This document shows, piece after piece, positions 8,353-17,416 of a stretch of 31,678 bases of DNA. The stretch spans positions 6,093 through 37,770 of the forward strand of contig CAYWIQ010000001.1 in the NCBI GenBank assembly GCA_964458405.1. The letters are read 5' to 3'. Numbering within the stretch: the first letter of the stretch is position 1; each line of letters starts with the position of its first letter. Below the pieces are notes generated by a model. That model ran no database searches. It was not told where the DNA came from and saw nothing but the letters and a program-made list of their open reading frames with translations. Origin of the DNA: an uncultured Chromatiaceae bacterium (GTDB taxonomy: Bacteria > Pseudomonadota > Gammaproteobacteria > DRLM01). The position numbers and the translations under genes were made by a program.

Positions 8353-9321
8353 GTGCAACATGTGGTAGCGGCGGTAATAGTTAATGATGATCAACAGGTG
8401 TTGCTGGCGAAGCGGCCTCAGGATCGTCATCAAGGCGGACTATGGGAGTTCCCTGGCGGTAAGGTAGAGCGTGGCGAGGATGCGCGCGCGGCCCTGGTTC
8501 GAGAACTGTGGGAGGAGTTGGGCGTCGATACCGCTGATGCCCGCCCGCTGATAAAGATCCGTTATGAATACCCGGATAAAGCGGTGTTGCTGGATGTGTG
8601 GCGGGTGACCGCCTTAACCGGCGAGCCTCACGGCCGAGAGGGACAGCCGATTGAATGGGTGGCGGTGGACGACTTGCCCGGCCGTGATTTTCCAGCGGCC
8701 AACAAGCCCATAGTGACCGCCGCGCGGTTACCCGCCATGTGTCTGGTGACACCGGAGCCCGGCGACACAACACTATATCTCGACAGGCTTGCCGCATTAT
8801 TGGCGCAGGGCGTCAAATTGGTTCAGTTCCGAGCCAAGACTGTGAAGAGCGTATCAGCTTATGCGAACCTGGCGCGACAGGTTATTGCGCTTTGCGAAGA
8901 GGCGGGGGCGCGGTTGTTGTTGAATTCGCCGCCCGAGTTGGCTGACGTGGGGAGATGGGGTGCCGGTGGCGTTCATTTGACCAGTGCCGCTTTGATGAAA
9001 CTGGAGCAACGTCCCTTGCCCCGCGGTCAATGGGTGTCGGCCGCCTGTCATTCCAGCCGGGAGCTGGAGCATGCCCATCGAATAGGGGTCGATTTTGTGG
9101 TGGTTGCGCCGGTGCGGGCCACCGCCACCCATCCCGAGGTTCGTCCCCTTGGATGGCAAGCATTGCACCAATTGACGGAACGCGCGTCATTGCCGGTCTA
9201 TGCGTTGGGTGGCATGGCGTTGCAGGACCTCGAAACGGCATGGGCCCACGGCTGCCAAGGCATCGCTTCGATTTCTTCCCTGTGGAACGCCAAGGAGATT
9301 CCCCCTCAGCTGCTTCGCTGA
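8353..9321 (+). CDS. Nudix hydrolase (MutT-like 8-oxo-dGTPase) fused to a thiamine-phosphate-synthase-like TIM barrel
   Basis: Nudix box GGKVERGEDARAALVRELWEELGV, WEFP, FPAANKPI; C-terminal VQFRAK, GVHL, SAACHS, PVYALGG. GTG 8353 has GAGGTG 8 nt upstream (alternative start 8335). Confidence 0.9.
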   Translation: MQHVVAAVIVNDDQQVLLAKRPQDRHQGGLWEFPGGKVERGEDARAALVRELWEELGVDTADARPLIKIRYEYPDKAVLLDVWRVTALTGEPHGREGQPIEWVAVDDLPGRDFPAANKPIVTAARLPAMCLVTPEPGDTTLYLDRLAALLAQGVKLVQFRAKTVKSVSAYANLARQVIALCEEAGARLLLNSPPELADVGRWGAGGVHLTSAALMKLEQRPLPRGQWVSAACHSSRELEHAHRIGVDFVVVAPVRATATHPEVRPLGWQALHQLTERASLPVYALGGMALQDLETAWAHGCQGIASISSLWNAKEIPPQLLR

Positions 9322-9353
9322 GGACCGTGCCGAATCAAATGCGGTCTTCAGTG

Positions 9354-9542
9354 TCAGTGGTGTTGATCGGATGCGGGATCTTGATTAGGGGGCGTCTCTT
9401 CCCCGGGAATGCGATGTTCCTCGCTGGCCCATTTCCCCAGGTCGATTAGTCGGCAGCGCTCGCAGCAAAAGGGGCGCCAGGGGTTTTTATCGTCCCATTT
9501 CACCTTGGCGCCGCAAGTGGGACAACTGACAAGGGTGCTCAT
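9354..9542 (-). CDS. yacG: DNA gyrase inhibitor YacG
   Basis: CPTC...[26 protein letters not shown]; ATG 9542 overlaps the zapD stop (ATGA); 62 aa. Confidence 0.93.
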   Translation of the reverse strand: MSTLVSCPTCGAKVKWDDKNPWRPFCCERCRLIDLGKWASEEHRIPGEETPPNQDPASDQHH

Positions 9543-10312
9543 ATCATGCAGCAAGTGAGTAGAAACGAGACATCCTGGGAGGTTTGCACCGCATGGCCGT
9601 CGGCAAGGAATTCCAGGAAGCGGAGGGTGAATCGGTGTCGGCCGCCGCTGACCTCGGCGTAGTAGGGTGCTTCCGCCGGGACCGTTACCCGCACCAGTTG
9701 GCACGGGCTGTTGGGATCGAGCATCTTTTGAAAGAAGCCTTCATGCGCGGTTTCTTGGGACGAATGAGCGCTTTCCCGAACCAGCCGCAATAACAACAGT
9801 ATGGAAAGATGTATAGGTTCGAAGGCCTTGATCCAGCGGTGCAGATCGGCGATGCGGTTTTCCTCGGGCCGTTGCAACCAGAAATGATAACCCGGAAGGT
9901 CGAAATCACAGGTTCCGCCGGGAATGCTGATGCGCTGTTTGATGCTGTTTAAAAACTCGTTTTGCCGCAGCTCCTGGCCGATCTGACCTTGGATGGCATG
10001 CATACGGTCAACTAGTGTATCGAATTCTCCTAGCAGTTTGCTGAGTCGTAAATGGTCGACTCCAGGGGCATGTTCCAGCGCCGCCAGGGTGCTCATTTGC
10101 CGTTCAAGCTCTTTCATGACCTCAGTCTTGAGGTCCGTCCGATTGAAGATATTCAGGATATCGAGAAGGCTGGCCAGCGCATTGCGACTGTCCCACTGGG
10201 TCCGACCCTCAATGCGAGCGAAAAATTCCTTAAATAAGAATTCCAAACGCAAAAAGGTACGTACTCGTTCGTTGAGAGGCTGTTCGTAAGTGACGTTTGG
10301 CACGGACATCAT
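9539..10312 (-). CDS. zapD: Cell division protein ZapD
   Basis: [27 protein letters not shown]-like [27 protein letters not shown]; canonical coaE-zapD-yacG order. Confidence 0.95.
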   Translation of the reverse strand: MMSVPNVTYEQPLNERVRTFLRLEFLFKEFFARIEGRTQWDSRNALASLLDILNIFNRTDLKTEVMKELERQMSTLAALEHAPGVDHLRLSKLLGEFDTLVDRMHAIQGQIGQELRQNEFLNSIKQRISIPGGTCDFDLPGYHFWLQRPEENRIADLHRWIKAFEPIHLSILLLLRLVRESAHSSQETAHEGFFQKMLDPNSPCQLVRVTVPAEAPYYAEVSGGRHRFTLRFLEFLADGHAVQTSQDVSFLLTCCMI

Positions 10313-10455
10313 TAAATTTTAGATATCGATGAAGCGGGCTAGTGGCGTGCCCACAAGGTCATGAACCCCGACCCGGGCCCCCTCTCCACACCGGTTTCCT
10401 AGGGTATTAATGCGGGTAGTGTACGGCATTGGGGCGGATGGTGTAAGGGATTTAA

Positions 10456-11073
10456 TCATTTTTCCGGTGGGGATGGTGGTGTGCTGGCCAGTCCCAGGTA
10501 ACGGTGGTGAAGGGTGATAACCTGTTGTTGGAGATGCGCTAAATCTGCATCGTTTACAATGATGTCATCGGCGGCCTGCAGTCGTTCGTTGCGGCTTACC
10601 TGGCTGCGCAGGATGCCCGCCAAGGTGTCCTCATCCATCCCGTCGCGTTCCAGTACCCGTTGCCGCTGCAACGCTTCCGGCGTGTCTATGACCAAGACCC
10701 GGTGGACGCGGGCGGTTGCCCCGCTTTCCAGGAGCAGGGGGATGACCCAGACACAATAAGGGGCTCGCAATGATTGAGAGCGATGTTGCAGCTCGGTATA
10801 GATGCGGGGATGGAGGATGCCCTCTAGGCGACGCCTCTGGACAGAGTCGGAGAATACCCTCCGTTTTAGCCGGGCCCGGTTCAAGCTGCCGTCTGGGAGG
10901 AGTATTTCCGGCCCGAAGGCTTCGGTGATCTCTTTCAGGGCGGGGCTGCCGGCAACCACCAGTTCCCGGGCGAGCTGATCCGTGTCGATCACCGGAATGC
11001 CCAGTTGCGCAAAATATCCGGCCACGGTGGATTTTCCACTGCCGATTCCGCCGGTAAGACCGATGATCAACAT
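10456..11073 (-). CDS. coaE: Dephospho-CoA kinase
   Basis: IGLTGGIGSGKSTVA, LEGILHPRI, IPLLLE, ADDIIVND. Confidence 0.97.
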   Translation of the reverse strand: MLIIGLTGGIGSGKSTVAGYFAQLGIPVIDTDQLARELVVAGSPALKEITEAFGPEILLPDGSLNRARLKRRVFSDSVQRRRLEGILHPRIYTELQHRSQSLRAPYCVWVIPLLLESGATARVHRVLVIDTPEALQRQRVLERDGMDEDTLAGILRSQVSRNERLQAADDIIVNDADLAHLQQQVITLHHRYLGLASTPPSPPEK

Positions 11074-11157
11074 GATTATTGGGGCCTGCTAACGCTATGC
11101 ATTGCAGGACCTAGGGTACGGAGCCGGCGACGACTCCGCAAGCGGGCGCGACTGTCT

Positions 11158-12048
11158 CTAGCCGGGTATTCCCAGTAGGGCGAAGTAACGGTGGGTGATG
11201 GCATCACCCCATAGTAAGGCCAACCACCCGGCCGTCGCCAGGTAGGGGCCGAAGGGGATGGGAATGTTCTTGTCGCGCCCCCTGAACAAGATGAGAGTGA
11301 TGCCCACAATCGCCCCGACGACCGAGGAGAGTATGATGACGATCGGCAAAGACTGCCAACCCATCCACGCCCCCAACATCGCCAGGAGCTTGAAGTCGCC
11401 GTAGCCCATACCTTCTTTGCCGGTGGCCCATTTGAACAGGATATAGACCGTCCACAGGCTGAGATAACCGGCGACGGCGCCGATGATGCTGGAGGTGCTG
11501 TCGGTGAATAGACCTGCAAGACCCAGTAATAGCCCGATCCATAAGAACGGCAAGGTGATATCGTCGGGCAAGAGCTGATGGTCATAGTCGATCAGGGTCA
11601 AGGCGATCAGCGCCCAGGTCAGCAGGAGTGCGCCCCCGGCCGCCCAGCCGAAACCGAAGTGCCAAGCCGTGATTGCGGACAATACAGCGGTGGTGAGCTC
11701 CACTATGGGATAGCGCATGGAGATATGTTTGCCGCACTCGGAACAGCGGCCGCGCAGCCACAGGTAACTGATGATGGGGATATTCTCTAAGGCGGAGATG
11801 GCATGGCCGCAATGAGGGCAGCGCGACCGGGGAACGACCAAGTTGAAGGGTTGTTCTTCATCGGTGGTATGGGGTGCATCGGCAGTGCCAGCCAACTCTT
11901 GGCACTGTTTGCGCCAAGTCCGTTCCATCATTAAGGGTAGACGGTACACAACCACGTTCAGGAAGCTGCCAATCAACGACCCGAAGAGCGCGGCCAGCAG
12001 GGTGAAGCCCCAGAGGTGGCTGGTGAGATAGCCGGCAAAATCGGTCAC
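11158..12048 (-). CDS. pilD: Prepilin peptidase / N-methyltransferase
   Basis: GSFLNVVVYRLP, SRCPHC...GRCSEC zinc site, IDYDHQLLPD, GMGYGDFKL, PFGPYLA. Confidence 0.97.
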   Translation of the reverse strand: MTDFAGYLTSHLWGFTLLAALFGSLIGSFLNVVVYRLPLMMERTWRKQCQELAGTADAPHTTDEEQPFNLVVPRSRCPHCGHAISALENIPIISYLWLRGRCSECGKHISMRYPIVELTTAVLSAITAWHFGFGWAAGGALLLTWALIALTLIDYDHQLLPDDITLPFLWIGLLLGLAGLFTDSTSSIIGAVAGYLSLWTVYILFKWATGKEGMGYGDFKLLAMLGAWMGWQSLPIVIILSSVVGAIVGITLILFRGRDKNIPIPFGPYLATAGWLALLWGDAITHRYFALLGIPG

Positions 12049-12126
12049 GGTGTCCCTATCATGGCGGCGTGCAACAAGTCGCCGGGCGTGATTGCATCCT
12101 TGCTCATGGGTCGTATGAGCGAGCGT

Positions 12127-13347
12127 TTATACGACCTGGCCCATCTTGAAGATGGGTAGATACATGGCGATAACCAAGCCGCCGATAATAACCCCGAGAA
12201 AGGCCATGATCATGGGTTCCATGAGGCTGCTCAGACCATCGACGGCGTTATCCACCTCTTCTTCGTAGAAGTCGGCGACCTTGGACAACATGGCGTCAAG
12301 TGAGCCGGCCTCTTCGCCGATGGCGACCATTTGCACCACCATGTTGGGAAACAGGCCCGACTGGCGCATCGCCATTTGCAGCGTGACACCGGTGGCGACG
12401 TCGTCGCGCATGCGGAGGATGGCGTTGCTATAAATAATGTTACCGGCCGCACCGGCCACGGTGGTCATGGCCTCCACCAGTGGCACGCCGGCGGCGAACA
12501 TGGTGGCCAGGGTGCGGGCATAGCGGGCGATGGCCGCCTTGTTGACGATCGCGCCGAACACCGGAAACTGCAATGTTACCCGGTCGAGAAAATGGTTGAA
12601 CTTGGGGGAGCGTTTCTTGCCCTCGATAAAGGCGAAGATACTGACGCCGATGACTAATAGCATAGCCCACCAGTACTGCTGGGTGAATTTCGACATGTTG
12701 ATGACCATCTGGGTCATGGCTGGCAGGTCGGCGCCGAAGCCTTGGAACAAGGCCTGGAATTGCGGCACGACGAAGTACAGCAGGATGGTGGTGACAATAA
12801 AGGCGGCGATGATCACAGCGGTGGGATAGAACATGGCCTTTTTGATCTTGCCTTTGATCGCTTCCACCTTCTCCTTGTATAGCGCGATCTTGTGCAGCAA
12901 CGTTTCCAGGATACCGGCTTGTTCACCGGCGCGCACCAGGTTGCAATAGAGTTCGTCGAAGTAACGGGGGTGCTTGGCCAGCGCCTCGGATAGGGAGCTG
13001 CCGCCTTCCACATCGGCCTTGATGGTCATGATCAGGGTCTGCATGGATGGGTTGTCATGGCCGCGGCCGATGATCTCAAAGGACTGTACCAAGGGTACGC
13101 CCGAACTCATCATAGTAGCCATTTGGCGGCTGAAGACTGCGATGTCCTTGGGGGTGATCTTCTTGGTCTTGGGGCCGAACAGAGATTTGGGTTTTTTCTT
13201 GACCTTGATGGGATTGATCCCTTGGCGGCGCAATTCCGCCTTGACCATTGTGAGGCTGACCCCTTTGGTCTCGCCTTTGGCCCGGGAACCCTTTTTGTCG
13301 GTTCCTTCCCAGAGATAGATATCTTGATTGAGTGCTTTTTCTGCCAT
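12127..13347 (-). CDS. pilC: Type IV pilus inner-membrane platform protein (GspF family)
   Basis: FSRQMATMMSSGVPL, KIKKAMFYP, MVAIGEEAGSLD, MYLPIF. Confidence 0.97.
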   Translation of the reverse strand: MAEKALNQDIYLWEGTDKKGSRAKGETKGVSLTMVKAELRRQGINPIKVKKKPKSLFGPKTKKITPKDIAVFSRQMATMMSSGVPLVQSFEIIGRGHDNPSMQTLIMTIKADVEGGSSLSEALAKHPRYFDELYCNLVRAGEQAGILETLLHKIALYKEKVEAIKGKIKKAMFYPTAVIIAAFIVTTILLYFVVPQFQALFQGFGADLPAMTQMVINMSKFTQQYWWAMLLVIGVSIFAFIEGKKRSPKFNHFLDRVTLQFPVFGAIVNKAAIARYARTLATMFAAGVPLVEAMTTVAGAAGNIIYSNAILRMRDDVATGVTLQMAMRQSGLFPNMVVQMVAIGEEAGSLDAMLSKVADFYEEEVDNAVDGLSSLMEPMIMAFLGVIIGGLVIAMYLPIFKMGQVV

Positions 13348-13349
13348 GA

Positions 13350-15077
13350 CTACACCGTAATCACACGATTGAGTTCTTCAAGGCTGGTAAGGCCCGCCTT
13401 GACCTTGCGGAGTCCCGAAACCCTGAGATCCGCGATGCCTTCCTTTTTGGCTTGATCCGCCAACATCATTGCGTCGCAATCTTCCATGATCAGTCTACCC
13501 ATGGTTTCCGATATCGGCATAACCTGGTAAATGCCTACCCGGCCCTTGTAGCCGTCGTTGCACTTATCACAACCCATCGCCTTATATACCGTAATGTCGC
13601 TCAGTTCGTCCTCGGAAAAACCTTCCGCCACCAAGGCTTCGGGCGGGACGTAGGTCGCCTGTTTGCAATGGGGACACAAGCGCCGTGCCAAACGCTGGGC
13701 CACAATTAATGATACCGCCGTGGCTATATTAAACGGCGGCACGCCCATGTTGGCAAGTCGATTGAGCGTTTGGGGGGCGTCGTTGGTATGCAGCGTAGAA
13801 AATACCATATGTCCCGTTTGTGCCGCCTTGATGGCGATTTCGGCGGTCTCAAGGTCACGGATTTCGCCTACCATGATGATGTCCGGATCCTGGCGCAGAA
13901 AGGCGCGCAGCGCCGAGGCGAAGGTCAGGCCCACCTTGGTATTGACGTTGACCTGATTGACACCCGGTAGATTGATTTCGGCCGGATCTTCGGCGGTGGA
14001 AATATTGCGATCCTCGCTGTTGAGAATGTTGAGGCAGGTGTATAGCGTCACGGTTTTACCGCTGCCGGTGGGGCCGGTCACCAGCACCATACCATAAGGC
14101 TGATGGACGGCCTGGAGTAACTGCTGTTTTTGGTCTTCCTCGAACCCCAGGACATCCACACCCAATTGCGCGCTGGTGGGGTCGAGGATACGTAATACGA
14201 TCTTTTCGCCATACAGGGTAGGGCAGGTGTTGACGCGGAAATCGATGGCGCGATTCTTGGACAGCGTCATCTTGATGCGGCCGTCTTGGGGGACGCGGCG
14301 CTCGGAGATGTCGAGTCGCGCCATGACCTTGATACGGGCGGATAACTTATTGGCCAAGCTGGTGGGCGGTGCTGCCACTTCCCGCAGAACGCCGTCCTGG
14401 CGGAAGCGTACGCGATACTTCTTTTCGTAGGGTTCGAAGTGGATATCCGAAGCGCCTTTATTGATGGCGTCCAGCATCACCTTGTTGATGAACCGTACCA
14501 CCGGAGTATCGTCCACTTCGGCTTCGGAAACATCCGCGCCGGCTTCTTCCTCGCCGCCGCTGATCTCCAGGTCATCCAGGGAGGCGTCGCCCAGGTCATC
14601 CATGGCGTTCTTGGCTTCGGCGGTCAGTGCCTGTTCGATCATTCGGGTCAAATGGTTTTGCTCGACCACGATGGGCTGGGCATGCAGGCCGGTCTGAAAC
14701 TTGATCTCGTCCAGGACTTGGAAATCGGTGGGGTCGGCGATGCCCACATAGATGTGATTGCCGCGTTTGAACAACGGCAGAGATTGGTGTTTGCGCACCA
14801 GTTTCTCGTCGACCAGATTGACAGCCAGCGCCTCGATATCTATGGCGGTGATATCGAACAATGGAAACCCGAATTCGAGGGCCCCGGTTTCGGCGATGTT
14901 GTAGGCATCCAGGATCCCGCCATCCACCAGTTCAGCGACGAACGAGGAATTTTTCTGGGTCGCCTCTTCTTGCGCGTGCACGGCCTGCTCCTCGGCCAAT
15001 AAGCCGTTGGCCACCAGTTTGCGGGCCAGGCCGCTGAGGTGCGGAGAATGGTCAATCGAGGGGGCAGTATTTGTCAT
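13350..15077 (-). CDS. pilB: Type IV-A pilus assembly ATPase
   Basis: ASDIHFEP, RVPQDGR, Walker A GPTGSGKT, LRQDPDIIMVGEIRD, STLHTN, CPHC...CDKC. Confidence 0.97.
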   Translation of the reverse strand: MTNTAPSIDHSPHLSGLARKLVANGLLAEEQAVHAQEEATQKNSSFVAELVDGGILDAYNIAETGALEFGFPLFDITAIDIEALAVNLVDEKLVRKHQSLPLFKRGNHIYVGIADPTDFQVLDEIKFQTGLHAQPIVVEQNHLTRMIEQALTAEAKNAMDDLGDASLDDLEISGGEEEAGADVSEAEVDDTPVVRFINKVMLDAINKGASDIHFEPYEKKYRVRFRQDGVLREVAAPPTSLANKLSARIKVMARLDISERRVPQDGRIKMTLSKNRAIDFRVNTCPTLYGEKIVLRILDPTSAQLGVDVLGFEEDQKQQLLQAVHQPYGMVLVTGPTGSGKTVTLYTCLNILNSEDRNISTAEDPAEINLPGVNQVNVNTKVGLTFASALRAFLRQDPDIIMVGEIRDLETAEIAIKAAQTGHMVFSTLHTNDAPQTLNRLANMGVPPFNIATAVSLIVAQRLARRLCPHCKQATYVPPEALVAEGFSEDELSDITVYKAMGCDKCNDGYKGRVGIYQVMPISETMGRLIMEDCDAMMLADQAKKEGIADLRVSGLRKVKAGLTSLEELNRVITV

Positions 15078-15234
15078 GTCCGTGGCCTACTATTTCCATG
15101 CAGTCTGTATCGGCGATCGAGGCGGATTTGTTTAGTGACTGCGTCACAGAATCGTGTTTTCCATCAAAGTGTAAAGCCGACGCGGGTAGGGAGATGAGAG
15201 CCGGTGGGGGCGGTGTTTTTCTGCGAATGGTCAT

Positions 15235-15263
15235 AAAAAAACGGGCGCCGAAGCGCCCGTTTT
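15235..15263 (-). terminator. Intrinsic terminator after pilA
   Basis: Minus strand: ACGGGCGC-TTCG-GCGCCCGT followed by a T run; UUCG tetraloop; 16 nt after the pilA stop. Confidence 0.9.
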
Positions 15264-15279
15264 ACTGATGCCGGTTTGA

Positions 15280-15717
15280 TTAGACGCGGCAGTTGGCAGG
15301 TACGTACTTGTCGTCCGCTGCAGCACCCACTGCACACACCCAAGTGATCGCGTCGGTCGGAACCGTGCCCGCGGCGAGGGCAGCACCGCCCGCTTGGGGA
15401 GTCAGGGTGATTGCGATGCTCTTGGCGGCAGCGGTATAAGCAATCGAGATGACGCCGGTGGTGGCATCAACTGAGACGCTGGACACGATAGGAGTAGCGC
15501 TGGGTGCGGTCCAGCCGAGGCTGAGGTCGGCGGCGGCGCTGGAGGCGTTCTCGGCAACGGTGGCCTTGGCGGAATCGGCCAGGCTCAGGCCTTCAGTGAC
15601 CTTGGCGCGGACCAGATAATCTTGATACGCCGGAATCGCGATGGCGGCCAGGATGCCGATGATCGCGACCACGATCATCAATTCGATAAGGGTAAAACCT
15701 TTTTGGGTTGCTTTCAT
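15280..15717 (-). CDS. pilA: Type IVa major pilin
   Basis: GGAG RBS; leader MKATQKG|[27 protein letters not shown] with Glu at +5; C-terminal disulfide loop WVC...ANCRV; 145 aa precursor. Confidence 0.97.
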   Translation of the reverse strand: MKATQKGFTLIELMIVVAIIGILAAIAIPAYQDYLVRAKVTEGLSLADSAKATVAENASSAAADLSLGWTAPSATPIVSSVSVDATTGVISIAYTAAAKSIAITLTPQAGGAALAAGTVPTDAITWVCAVGAAADDKYVPANCRV

Positions 15718-15811
15718 GTGTAATCTCCGTCTATTGACTGTGTGGTTATTGGGTTTAAAACTCTGTTGGCTCCGGACTTGCCGTGGGCCGCCATTGCCGT
15801 GCCTAACTAAA

Positions 15812-15828
15812 GGCAGAATGCATGCCAA
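15812..15828 (-). promoter_or_regulatory. Sigma54 -24/-12 promoter of pilA
   Basis: Minus strand TTGGCATGCATTCTGCC with GG-N10-GC. PilR/sigma54-dependent pilA transcription is established, and pilR lies directly upstream. Confidence 0.85.
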
Positions 15829-15880
15829 TATGAATCACCCGCACCGCACTGGGCCGGGAGCAATGGGAATTCGGTTCGGA

Positions 15881-15900
15881 ATTGTGAACTGCGTCACAAT
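15881..15900. promoter_or_regulatory. CRP/Vfr-type palindrome
   Basis: ATTGTGA-actgcg-TCACAAT: 7-bp perfect arms containing TGTGA-N6-TCACA. Confidence 0.6.
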
Positions 15901-15989
15901 TGTGAGGCCTTCGAGGCGGGCACGCAAGGACCAAACGGGCTGGGAAGAACGGGCAATAGTCCCGGGGCACGCTTGAGGTGAGGGTAAAG

Positions 15990-16040
15990 AGTGACGCAAC
16001 ACGTCACATTGTGACCCGCAGAGTCCGTTGAATGTGACGT
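15990..16040. promoter_or_regulatory. Cluster of GTGAC/GTCAC half-sites, candidate PilR upstream activating sequence
   Basis: GTGAC-N7-GTCAC (15991-16007), GTCAC-ATT-GTGAC (16003-16015) and TGTGACGT (16033-16040), 165-215 bp upstream of the -24 element, a typical enhancer distance. Confidence 0.5.
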
Positions 16041-16075
16041 TTGCACGGAAATAATGGACTTTGGGTACGCAGGGG

Positions 16076-17416
16076 TCAGTCGAGTCCCAATTTCTTAAGG
16101 CGGTAGCGCAGTGCCCGGAAGGTGATGCCCAGCAGCTTGGCCGCTGCCGTCTTGTTATAGCGGGTCTGTTCCAAGGCCTTGAGAATGGTCTCTTTCTCTA
16201 TAGTGTCGAGATAAGGTTCCAGGGCCACTTTGCCGCTGTCGCTATGGGGCGTGGCGGCGGCAGGATTGCTGGGGAGGCGGAGATCGGCTTCTTGGATGAC
16301 ATTGCCCTCACACAACGTGATGGCCCTTTCCAGTATATTCTCCAGTTCCCGCACATTGCCGGGAAAGTGATAACCCTGCAGCGCGGACATGGACTCCTTG
16401 CTCAAACTGGGCGTGGTTATGCCATTTTGCTCCGCCAAGCGTTCCAAAATGTGGTGGGCCAGTATCGGTATATCGTTGCCGCGTTCGCGCAGGCCGGGTA
16501 CATGCAATTCGATGACGTTAATACGATAAAAGAGATCTTGACGGAATTCCCCGTTATCCACCAATGCGGCCAGGTCTTTATGCGTTGCGCTCAAAATGCG
16601 CACATCGATGGGCGTCTCCTTTTGCGCGCCGATGGGCCGCACGGATTTTTCCTGGATGACGCGCAGCAATTTGACCTGCATATGCAAGGGCAGATCCGCG
16701 ACCTCGTCCAGGAACAAGGTGCCGCCGTTGGCGGCCTGGAACAGACCGTCTTTATCGGTGACCGCGCCGGTGAAACTGCCCTTCTTGTGGCCGAAGAATT
16801 CGCTTTCCATGAGTTCGCCGGGGATGGCGCCGCAGTTGACGGGGATGAAGGGCTTGTCGGCGCGCGGTCCCTGATCGTGGATCAGGCGAGCGACCAGCTC
16901 TTTACCGACGCCCGATTCGCCGCTGATATAGACCGGTGCCTGACTGCGCGCCAGTTTGGCGATGGTCTCTTGAATATGTTTGATGGCCTGTGAATCGCCC
17001 AGTAGTCCGGTGTAGGTTTGACGAACGGTCTTGGCTTCCCCGCGCGCCAGCTTGAGTGCGGTGCTCACCAGGTTTCTCAAGACATGCAGATCCACCGGTT
17101 TGGAGACGAAATCGAAGGCGCCGGTCTTCAAGGCGTTGACGGCGGCTTCCATGTTGCCGTGCGCCGTTATGACCGCCACCGGCGTATCGGGGTGTTGTTT
17201 TTGAATGTGATCCACCAGATCGATGCCGTTGCCGTCGGGGAGCCGCATATCGGTGAGACACAGGTCGTAGCGATGCTCCGCCAGCAACGCGCGCGCCTGG
17301 GTGAGATTTTCCGCCGTGGTGGTGGCGACGTCCATGCGGTCCAGGGTCAGTTCCAATAATTCCCGGATGTCGGGTTCGTCGTCGATGACCAAGGCTGTGG
17401 GTCGGGTCTTGCTCAC
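16076..17416 (-). CDS. pilR: Sigma54-dependent response regulator PilR
   Basis: Receiver LVIDDEPDIRELL / LCLTDMRLPDG; AAA+ GESGVGKE, GSFTGA, LFLDEV, RQDLFYR; Fis HTH; GTG 17416 overlaps the pilS stop. Confidence 0.95.
   Translation of the reverse strand: MSKTRPTALVIDDEPDIRELLELTLDRMDVATTTAENLTQARALLAEHRYDLCLTDMRLPDGNGIDLVDHIQKQHPDTPVAVITAHGNMEAAVNALKTGAFDFVSKPVDLHVLRNLVSTALKLARGEAKTVRQTYTGLLGDSQAIKHIQETIAKLARSQAPVYISGESGVGKELVARLIHDQGPRADKPFIPVNCGAIPGELMESEFFGHKKGSFTGAVTDKDGLFQAANGGTLFLDEVADLPLHMQVKLLRVIQEKSVRPIGAQKETPIDVRILSATHKDLAALVDNGEFRQDLFYRINVIELHVPGLRERGNDIPILAHHILERLAEQNGITTPSLSKESMSALQGYHFPGNVRELENILERAITLCEGNVIQEADLRLPSNPAAATPHSDSGKVALEPYLDTIEKETILKALEQTRYNKTAAAKLLGITFRALRYRLKKLGLD

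Noticed and set aside
9354-9542. YacG reads RPFCCERC instead of the usual RPFCSERC
   Set aside because: All four zinc ligands are intact; a single Ser-to-Cys change is ordinary variation.
15280-15717. PilA as an electrically conductive (e-pilin) candidate
   Set aside because: It is a full-length pilin with only 7 aromatic residues in 138 mature residues (about 5%) and long aromatic-free gaps, below the density proposed for e-pili.
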